DNA from: an uncultured virus (IMG/VR IMGVR_UViG_3300011785_000001)
Taxonomy: Duplodnaviria > Heunggongvirae > Uroviricota > Caudoviricetes
Strand: one strand, 5' to 3'
Virus record (IMG/VR): IMGVR_UViG_3300011785_000001
Coordinates: 62,001-95,415 of that record
Length of the DNA: 33,415 nucleotides
Below are positions 1-6,451 of this stretch, piece after piece. Position 1 is the stretch's first letter; each line of letters starts with the position of its first letter. A program made the position numbers and the translations under genes. The notes under the pieces were generated by a model. The model worked only from the letters and a program-made list of their open reading frames with translations, ran no database searches and was not told where the DNA came from.

Positions 1-192
1 AGTGTTTCGTGGCTTACCGTAGTTAGGGTTTGGAATCTGCTTCTTAACCTTCTTTAATAGCTTAAGTTTCACAGGGTTTTTAGACCAAGCCAATCGAATA
101 CAACCTCGAATGTATGAAAAGTACGCACTTTCTGTTTTCCATATTTCAGGGTTTTCTTCAAGAATCTTCTTAATCTTGTTATCAATACTCAT
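1..192 (-). CDS. 5' part of a putative HNH-type nuclease (truncated by window edge)
   Basis: Manual translation MSIDNKIKKILEENPEIWKTESAYFSYIRGCIRLAWSKNPVKLKLLKK...; the WKTESA..S.IRG..R.AWS..PVK N-terminus resembles conserved nucleases found downstream of the exonuclease in FelixO1/PAK_P1-like phages; ATGA overlap with upstream stop. Confidence 0.6.
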   Translation of the reverse strand, partial: MSIDNKIKKILEENPEIWKTESAYFSYIRGCIRLAWSKNPVKLKLLKKVKKQIPNPNYGKPRNT

Positions 193-611
193 AACTCATC
201 CTCTGGAACAAGTCTTCCACCACCACACTTACAAACCATACTCCAGAACTTACTACATGTACAATCCTTCCAAACCATGACAGGAGGAGCTGGAACAAAA
301 GGTGGTCGTGGTTCACCATCACTAACACCATCAAGATGTCTTGGTTGGTAAGGTGGAATGTTTATAAAAGATTTACGGTTTAACTCTGCCAAGTCTTTTT
401 CCAAGTATTCTTTGAAATCCCTCATCCTATCTTCAATAGACTTCTTCGATGTGTGTTTCTCGTGTTCTGGAACTTTACCGATAAACCCATTGTTATAAAC
501 TACAGGGTATTTAACATTCTGGATCAAAGTTAGCTGTTCACGTAACAGTTGTAAATCTTCTTCACTTAATGTCTCTGCATATCGCAACACATCGTATTTA
601 TCAATATTCAA
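189..611 (-). CDS. Hypothetical protein with Pro-rich region and C-terminal CxC..CxC
   Basis: ORF track 189..626; TTG at 611 follows GGAGAG and is the likelier start. Confidence 0.7.
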   Translation of the reverse strand: MNIDKYDVLRYAETLSEEDLQLLREQLTLIQNVKYPVVYNNGFIGKVPEHEKHTSKKSIEDRMRDFKEYLEKDLAELNRKSFINIPPYQPRHLDGVSDGEPRPPFVPAPPVMVWKDCTCSKFWSMVCKCGGGRLVPEDEL

Positions 612-1605
612 CACTGCACTCTCCATCTCTAAAGTCTTTAAACCTACGATCTTTTTCCGTATTCAAACCGTATCTTTTAAAATATCTAATCATGTTAGCA
701 GATTCAACACCAAATGACTTACAAAAATCTTTAAAACCGCGTTTTCTCTGACGGTAAAAATCATACACAGCTACTAAATCTTCTTTTGAGTAGTTTGTCA
801 ACGCCTTGTTATACTTACAAGCAACCTCTCCTAAGTACACAATTTCGTATTGTTTCGGAAATCTTTTAACAAATCCAACTGCTTCTTCCCTAGTCATACC
901 ATATTTACTAAGTCGCTTCTCGGCTGTTTTTACATTAACACCTGTCTCATGACAAGCTTCCAATTTAGACCACCATCTGTTGTTAAAGAAAACCCACTTA
1001 CTGTGGTCTGAGTTCGAGCTGATAGGTTCTATATAGAAGTTCCCTAGCGTGAACCCAAGCTCCTCGTCAATAATCCTTAAAACCTTACTCGAAACATCCA
1101 AACCAATACACCTGTCTTCCAAGTGTATAGCAAACAACTTAAACCCGTAGTCCGTTAGAAAATTGAAGTCTATAGGTAAATTACGCTGTTTACACGAATC
1201 CAAAAGTTTCGCAAACTTGTTATAAAGAGTTTGATTAACAATACCACCGTGTTTGTAGTTTGATTTTATACCGCTAAAATAACCACCCACTGCAATGTTC
1301 CAACCAACCCTTTCAACAGGTCTTAGTAAAAACTCCTTGTTTTGTATATAATCTGTACTACCACAGTCTATCACTGAAAACAACAAGTCTTCGCTGTTGA
1401 AAGACTTTAAAAAGTCTCTTGTATAATAAGCTCGTTTAGGTTTGTAATTTTTCAATGCACTATTGTGAGCCATTAACCTTCTACTTGGGTTGTTTGTTAT
1501 CCCAACATAACCCTCAGTAAACATGTCTTTATGAGTCTTCTTTCTAATCCAATAGAGGTAGCATTCATGTGAATACTTAATGTCTTTTGTATCATTAATA
1601 ATCAA
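601..1605 (-). CDS. GIY-YIG homing endonuclease-like protein with extra degenerate HNH-like and HTH modules
   Basis: N-terminal YLYWI...GYVGIT.N...R...H (GIY-YIG motif); C-terminal ACHETGVNVKTAEKRLSKYGMTREEA HTH-like segment; overlaps both neighbours. Confidence 0.75.
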   Translation of the reverse strand: MIINDTKDIKYSHECYLYWIRKKTHKDMFTEGYVGITNNPSRRLMAHNSALKNYKPKRAYYTRDFLKSFNSEDLLFSVIDCGSTDYIQNKEFLLRPVERVGWNIAVGGYFSGIKSNYKHGGIVNQTLYNKFAKLLDSCKQRNLPIDFNFLTDYGFKLFAIHLEDRCIGLDVSSKVLRIIDEELGFTLGNFYIEPISSNSDHSKWVFFNNRWWSKLEACHETGVNVKTAEKRLSKYGMTREEAVGFVKRFPKQYEIVYLGEVACKYNKALTNYSKEDLVAVYDFYRQRKRGFKDFCKSFGVESANMIRYFKRYGLNTEKDRRFKDFRDGECSVEY

Positions 1606-2659
1606 TACAATACTCCTTTAGTAAACTCTCAAATGTCACAGAATCATTGTCCTTGATTCTCATATATGCACAAGAGAAATAAAGCTCTGTTAGCGACAAC
1701 CAATTGTGTTTCTGATGACTACCATCCCAAGCAGTATACTCAATAACTTCTGGAAGCTTTGTTTTAAGGTTTTCAACAGTTTTAGTAAGAACTTCTTCTA
1801 TGGTTTTTAAATCCTTAAAATCCTTATAAAAACTCTTTTCACCATACTGTTTCTGATAAAACTGATTCAAGCAGTAGTTGTCAATTTTATCATACAAAGT
1901 TGTTTGGAACATTAACCACTTCATTCCACAACCCTTGATACCAGCAGAGGTTTCCCACAACTTCCCAACACCACCTTTGTAATCTGTGGTTGATTTATCG
2001 TCTGGATTATACACAGAAATATCGTATGTGATATTTTGTTTAACATCTTTATCATTAGATAAGACAACAGCTTTTATACCTTGATTATAAATCTCAAACA
2101 AACGTTGTTGTACGAAATCATCAGTCTCTCGACCAGATACTCGAATAGCACCCATTACTCGCTGATAGTATTCTTTGGTTTCAGACAACCATTGAGGTCT
2201 TTCAGAATGGTCTCGATCTTTGTAACGATCAATCAAAGGAATGTCTCTACGGAAGTTACCCTTACCCTCAACATATATTTCATAGTGTGTAGCACCAACA
2301 GCTTTCATAACGTTATTCACAAACCTTTTCGCTGTTTCCAAACAAAATGCTAGAGGTTGAACTTCTTTTTTATCCTCGATAGAATAATCTTCAAAGTTTT
2401 TAGCTTTGTCTTTACACCACTCTTTAAACTTTGTACGAGTATCAAATTCTTTTGTCTTTCCGTTTTTATTGCTAACAACGATGTATTTTCTCTCGGTTGC
2501 TGCGGAAGACTTGTAGGCTGCAATGTCCCCATCAATAACTAAAACCACATCGCCTTCTTTATATTCCTTACGAGGAATGTCTTTCGGATGATACTCCACA
2601 TCCCACCACTCTTTAACTGGGAATTGCTTTTCAGCACTCTGGAACTGTTTATCTGTCAA
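1595..2659 (-). CDS. 5'-3' exonuclease / RNase H (T7 gp6/FEN-like)
   Basis: Motifs LVIDGDIAAY, GNFR, YK..R, ETDD, SNDKD, DKIDNY. Confidence 0.9.
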   Translation of the reverse strand: MTDKQFQSAEKQFPVKEWWDVEYHPKDIPRKEYKEGDVVLVIDGDIAAYKSSAATERKYIVVSNKNGKTKEFDTRTKFKEWCKDKAKNFEDYSIEDKKEVQPLAFCLETAKRFVNNVMKAVGATHYEIYVEGKGNFRRDIPLIDRYKDRDHSERPQWLSETKEYYQRVMGAIRVSGRETDDFVQQRLFEIYNQGIKAVVLSNDKDVKQNITYDISVYNPDDKSTTDYKGGVGKLWETSAGIKGCGMKWLMFQTTLYDKIDNYCLNQFYQKQYGEKSFYKDFKDLKTIEEVLTKTVENLKTKLPEVIEYTAWDGSHQKHNWLSLTELYFSCAYMRIKDNDSVTFESLLKEYCIDY

Positions 2660-2700
2660 AACTTTCTCCTTTATGAAAATAAGAAAGCCTTTATTTAAAA

Positions 2701-2733
2701 TAAATAAAGCACCAAGATTTCTCCCAGTGCTTT
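2701..2733 (-). terminator. Rho-independent terminator with GAAA tetraloop
   Basis: Minus strand AAAGCACTGGGA-GAAA-TCTTGGTGCTTT followed by ATTTA; G-U pairs work only on this strand. Confidence 0.75.
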
Positions 2734-2767
2734 TGAATTTAATTCAAGACTTTCAGAAAACTTTAGG

Positions 2768-2977
2768 TTAATCTTTTAACTCAACCTCTGTGGATGAAAC
2801 ATTTGTGATAATTACTGAGATGAAAATTAACACCCACAAAGTCATGAAGATTGCAAAACCCCACATTGGTAGTGCGTAAAAGTCAAAGAACATATACGCA
2901 AAGAATGGTGTTAAGATGCTTGTACGTAACGGTAGGTTTTTACGACTTAAATGCTTACGTTTATTCATCTTCATCAC
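2768..2977 (-). CDS. Small membrane protein
   Basis: Basic N-terminus and two hydrophobic segments; start could be ATG at 2968. Confidence 0.7.
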   Translation of the reverse strand: MMKMNKRKHLSRKNLPLRTSILTPFFAYMFFDFYALPMWGFAIFMTLWVLIFISVIITNVSSTEVELKD

Positions 2978-3335
2978 ACTCGTCAGATTTGTTGTTTACG
3001 GATTCTTTTTCCGTAATCTCCTTAACAACCTCAAGGACATCTACATAAGATGTTTTTTCTTGAATAATATCTGTTAAGTTACCACTATCGTAATCAGAGA
3101 TTAAACTCTTAAACTTAGCAACAGACAATCCTAGATTCTCAGCACTACCTTTAATATCTTCACGTAACCCTTCAGCACGTTGTTTTTGCAACTCAATATC
3201 TTTAGCTAAACGCTTAATCTGAAATACTAGAGCTTCTCGTTTTTCTTTCGATAATAGAATCGAGTCCATAGCTAAAGCATCGGCTTGTTTAGCAGAAGGT
3301 CGTCCTGCTGTTTTACGTTCAAATTTCTCTGTCAT
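2961..3335 (-). CDS. Putative dsDNA-binding protein (T4 DsbA/GapR-like coiled coil)
   Basis: Helical IKRLAKDIELQKQRAEGLREDIKGSAENLGLSVAKFKSLISDY pattern, acidic tail; family assignment tentative. Confidence 0.5.
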   Translation of the reverse strand: MTEKFERKTAGRPSAKQADALAMDSILLSKEKREALVFQIKRLAKDIELQKQRAEGLREDIKGSAENLGLSVAKFKSLISDYDSGNLTDIIQEKTSYVDVLEVVKEITEKESVNNKSDECDEDE

Positions 3336-3502
3336 TATTTAATCTCCTTAATATCAATCTCTGTGTTATCGGCATCAACTGCACTCAAATCACTCAAAAA
3401 ATCAAATACACTCTCTTCAGCAAGCTCTTTGTTCTTTGCCTCAACATTCACTTTAAATGTTAAGGTTACGGTTGCCTCATACTCATTTAACTTATTGCTC
3501 AT
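3335..3502 (-). CDS. Small acidic hypothetical protein (55 aa, not in ORF track)
   Basis: MSNKLNEYEATVTLTFKVNVEAKNKELAEESVFDFLSDLSAVDADNTEIDIKEIK; TAATG coupling at both ends. Confidence 0.75.
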   Translation of the reverse strand: MSNKLNEYEATVTLTFKVNVEAKNKELAEESVFDFLSDLSAVDADNTEIDIKEIK

Positions 3503-3687
3503 TATTCATCTTCCTCAAATTCAATTTGATCAACAATCATTGATTCAATCTTATATGCCCAATCATCAAAATCGACAGCACTATGACGCAATCCAAATTC
3601 ATCAGCAATTCGATTCTCACACTTACGAAGTTCACTATAAATAAACTTACTCGCTTCAGTGTAGTTTTTATATTTTCCTTCACGCAT
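3502..3687 (-). CDS. Hypothetical protein
   Basis: 61-aa ORF, TAATG coupling to both neighbours. Confidence 0.7.
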   Translation of the reverse strand: MREGKYKNYTEASKFIYSELRKCENRIADEFGLRHSAVDFDDWAYKIESMIVDQIEFEEDE

Positions 3688-3911
3688 TATTTGTCTGCCT
3701 CAACTCTAATCATAGTTTCTATGTGGACATTAGAAGCTTTCAAAACTTCTGCTAATTTCCCTAAACCTTTAGCATTCTCAATAAGACCTTCAGCAATCAT
3801 CTCAATAGCGTTAACAGCTTTAGCATCGTATTTCACACCTGTGAATGTACAATTTGAAATCTCTTTCTTATTAGAGTTCTCAATTGCGCTAATAATTTCT
3901 TTTTTCTTCAT
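3687..3911 (-). CDS. Hypothetical protein
   Basis: 74-aa ORF, GGAG upstream, tightly packed. Confidence 0.7.
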   Translation of the reverse strand: MKKKEIISAIENSNKKEISNCTFTGVKYDAKAVNAIEMIAEGLIENAKGLGKLAEVLKASNVHIETMIRVEADK

Positions 3912-3913
3912 CC

Positions 3914-4069
3914 TTACTCTCCATCAATAACACGTTTATCAATAATCATGGATAGAACATCATACAAGTATTCAAGTTGTTTCAAATCTAAACTGTGAAA
4001 CATTTCACCAATCTTTTGTTCATCGTAAGCAATCGGAATACTATTAAAATCTTCTGTAATAGCGTACAT
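3914..4069 (-). CDS. Small hypothetical protein (51 aa, not in ORF track)
   Basis: MYAITEDFNSIPIAYDEQKIGEMFHSLDLKQLEYLYDVLSMIIDKRVIDGE; AGGAG SD, TAATG overlap. Confidence 0.7.
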   Translation of the reverse strand: MYAITEDFNSIPIAYDEQKIGEMFHSLDLKQLEYLYDVLSMIIDKRVIDGE

Positions 4070-4449
4070 TATTCAATATCTCCTAAAATTTCATCAATTG
4101 AATTTAAAACTTCTTCCTCATTCTCTTTAATACGTCTCTCATTCTCTTCTTGAGCACGTTTAAGTTTTCTTTCATTAATCTCTTTAATAAGATTCTTCTT
4201 GAAGTTAACCCCACCATAATTCTTTTGCATATAAGCTGAATATTTCTGACGAGATAAAGTTGTAATATCTTCTAGCAATGCAGGGTCTCTACGCCATAAC
4301 TCCATAATCAACCTACGAGTTAAACGCTCAAGCTCTTTATCACCATAAAATCCTTTAGAGATATTCCTTTTAAACTCTTGGAGAATGAAACTACTATTTA
4401 CTGTGACAACTGCTGCACTACGCCTATTGTCATAAGGGTTTCTAGCCAT
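4069..4449 (-). CDS. Hypothetical protein with C-terminal coiled coil
   Basis: 126-aa ORF with AGGA SD directly downstream of the tRNAs. Confidence 0.7.
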   Translation of the reverse strand: MARNPYDNRRSAAVVTVNSSFILQEFKRNISKGFYGDKELERLTRRLIMELWRRDPALLEDITTLSRQKYSAYMQKNYGGVNFKKNLIKEINERKLKRAQEENERRIKENEEEVLNSIDEILGDIE

Positions 4450-4477
4450 TGTGTTTTGTTCCTATAAATATGTTCTA

Positions 4478-4552
4478 TGGGACTTGTCGGACTCGAACCG
4501 AACGATCTGACAGTTATGAGCCGTCTGCTTTTACCACATAAGCTAAAGTCCC
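4478..4552 (-). tRNA. tRNA with CAU anticodon (most like tRNA-Ile2; Met not excluded), CCA not encoded
   Basis: GGGACTT TA GCTT ATGTGGTAA AAGC A GACGG CT-CAT-AA CTGTC AGATC GTTCGG TTCGAGT CCGAC AAGTCCC A cloverleaf. Confidence 0.9.
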
Positions 4553-4554
4553 GT

Positions 4555-4628
4555 TGGCAGCCTGACTCAGAGTTGAACTGAGACTAAAAATTTAGAAGAA
4601 TTTTGTGCATCCTTTACACTATCAGGCT
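4555..4628 (-). tRNA. tRNA-Arg(UCU), CCA encoded
   Basis: AGCCTGA TA GTGT AAAGGAT GCAC A AAATT CT-TCT-AA ATTTT TAGT CTCAG TTCAACT CTGAG TCAGGCT G CCA cloverleaf. Confidence 0.85.
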
Positions 4629-4631
4629 ATT

Positions 4632-4657
4632 AAGAAAGAGCCTACCGAAGTAAGCTC
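4632..4657 (-). terminator. Rho-independent terminator (UUCG loop) after SSB gene
   Basis: GAGCTTAC-TTCG-GTAGGCTC-TTTCTT. Confidence 0.8.
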
Positions 4658-4686
4658 CCTAAAGTTATTATTGATTACCTTAACGC

Positions 4687-5322
4687 TTAGAAGTCATCGT
4701 CATCATCTGATGTAGACCCAACAGTTGCTTCCTGTTGTTGTGCTTGCTTTGGAGCTTCAGCTAAACTCTTAACATTACCTAGAACATTGTAGTTAGCACC
4801 ACCAGAAGCAGACTGTTCAACAACTACTAAATCATCAACTCGAATGGCTTGTAGTTTAGCAAATGTACCGAAGTCATTTGAATTGGTTTGGAATTGAACC
4901 GTACCAACACTACCATTCCCTACAAGTCGATCAAAAGTAATATCTTCAAGATTACCTTCACCATCTGATAAGAATACACGAGGGATGTATTGTTCAGGGA
5001 TTGGTACAAGTGTTCCTGTAGTTTTATCCTTATACTGTGCAGCTTTCTTCATTTTAATAACGAATTGCTCATCACCATCGAAAGGTACTTTCTCAGCTTT
5101 GAATTTCTCCATAAACTCATCATTATCAAGTTCTTTAGCTTTCTGTTTAGGAAACTGTTTGTTCCAAGCTTTAGCTGTAGTTTTATCAACAACAACATCT
5201 ACAGTGTATTCACGCTCTGTTTGACTACCAAACTTTAAAGATGGTGTTTTTATCTTCGTATAATAAAGAACAGCGTTCTCGATAATACCTTGTTCAAAAT
5301 TAACATTTACTGAATTAGCCAT
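4687..5322 (-). CDS. Single-stranded DNA-binding protein (T7 gp2.5-like)
   Basis: Beta-rich core, VGNGS.G and L.AI.V..LV motifs, acidic tail ending DDDDDF; ATG 5322 preceded by GGAGG. Confidence 0.75.
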   Translation of the reverse strand: MANSVNVNFEQGIIENAVLYYTKIKTPSLKFGSQTEREYTVDVVVDKTTAKAWNKQFPKQKAKELDNDEFMEKFKAEKVPFDGDEQFVIKMKKAAQYKDKTTGTLVPIPEQYIPRVFLSDGEGNLEDITFDRLVGNGSVGTVQFQTNSNDFGTFAKLQAIRVDDLVVVEQSASGGANYNVLGNVKSLAEAPKQAQQQEATVGSTSDDDDDF

Positions 5323-5399
5323 GTATTCCTCCATAGAATAATTGAATAGGACATTAACAGTTCCTATTGGCGTTTATTATAGAACTTTATGTTCTGCTT

Positions 5400-5455
5400 A
5401 AAATAATAAAACACCTACAGATTTAAACATAAAGTCTAAATTCAAATAGGTGTTT
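5400..5455 (-). terminator. Long terminator-like hairpin
   Basis: AAACACCTA...ATTTAGAC-TTTAT-GTTTAAAT...TAGGTGTTT followed by TATTATTTT. Confidence 0.6.
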
Positions 5456-5527
5456 GTGTAATTGAGATTGCAGCAGTTTAAGTGTAAATCACAAAAGGGT
5501 TAATGATATTCCACCGCAATCCCTATG
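5400..5527 (-). ncRNA. Candidate ~125-nt structured small RNA or SSB leader
   Basis: Lies between a sigma70 promoter and a U-tailed hairpin; 13-bp stem 5523-5511/5476-5464 with four G-U pairs; no credible ORF. Confidence 0.45.
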
Positions 5528-5533
5528 TGGTGT

Positions 5534-5562
5534 ATTGTAGACAAATACGAAATCTGTGTCAA
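5534..5562 (-). promoter_or_regulatory. Host sigma70-type promoter
   Basis: TTGACA-17 bp-TACAAT with AT-rich UP-like region upstream. Confidence 0.85.
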
Positions 5563-5596
5563 TACCTTTTAAGGATTTATTTAATAAATAATTTAA

Positions 5597-6208
5597 TTAT
5601 TCACTGACAGCTTCTTCAAACTGTTTAATACCAATTTCTACAGCTCGTTTAGCTTCTTCAAGATTACTCCAATACATAGAATTAATAAACATATATTGCC
5701 ACCCTTCACGATGCTTTAAGACTTGTTTGATTAATGCCTCAGTTTCTAAATCAACACCACCATCCAACCAAACAGGAACAGTATGATCAATAGCATCATT
5801 GATATACCACAAGGCTTTCTCTAGGTCTTGTTTGTCATCCCACTTCTTACCAACACGCCAACAATACTTAAAAGAGTCACCTAAATTTGCAGACATTTTA
5901 CGCTTGATTTGGATACACTCAACACCACTAGAGTCTGTTGCGTAGTGTTTAGGGGAATTAACTAGGTCTTCAATAACTTGACGTTCAGCGTATTTAACAA
6001 CCTCAAGGTCTTTTGATGACATATACCAACTATAGCCATCACATTTTTTAATAAGTAGGTTGTTTCTTGAACTACTACCTACAAGGTGTTCTACAAACTC
6101 CACAACCTCTCCAATTTCTAAATTAGCATCACCAATAGAAGTGTAATCCAAAGAAACAATCTTTAGTTTGTCACCACTCTTTAAACTTACATACTCTTGC
6201 TTATTCAC
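5597..6208 (-). CDS. DUF3310 (T7 gp1.7-like nucleotide kinase) domain protein with N-terminal SH3-like barrel
   Basis: DLVNSPKHY...GVECI...LGDSFKYCWRVGKK....DLEKALWY signature. Confidence 0.8.
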   Translation of the reverse strand: MNKQEYVSLKSGDKLKIVSLDYTSIGDANLEIGEVVEFVEHLVGSSSRNNLLIKKCDGYSWYMSSKDLEVVKYAERQVIEDLVNSPKHYATDSSGVECIQIKRKMSANLGDSFKYCWRVGKKWDDKQDLEKALWYINDAIDHTVPVWLDGGVDLETEALIKQVLKHREGWQYMFINSMYWSNLEEAKRAVEIGIKQFEEAVSE

Positions 6209-6226
6209 TTTAAATCTCCAATATTT

Positions 6227-6451
6227 TTAAATAAAACCTAAGTGTTGTTTCACTAAACGCTTAACTTGAGCTAATGTTAAATCATCTCTATCTGAAACAC
6301 AATACCCTTTAATACATTTTAGGCGCAAGTCTGATGACTTGCAAGCCCACGTATCATTATATCTTTTACATAACCTCGTAGCGACTGATGGCGATAATCC
6401 ATCATCCACTATGAAGTGTTGATTGTCGGTGGTTAGGATGTAGATAAACAT
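6227..6451 (-). CDS. Hypothetical protein
   Basis: ATG at 6451 overlaps the polymerase stop (TAATG). Confidence 0.65.
   Translation of the reverse strand: MFIYILTTDNQHFIVDDGLSPSVATRLCKRYNDTWACKSSDLRLKCIKGYCVSDRDDLTLAQVKRLVKQHLGFI

Noticed and set aside
5464..5523. Third tRNA
   Set aside because: Acceptor-like stem but no T-loop (TTCRA), D arm or anticodon arm; kept only as an ncRNA candidate
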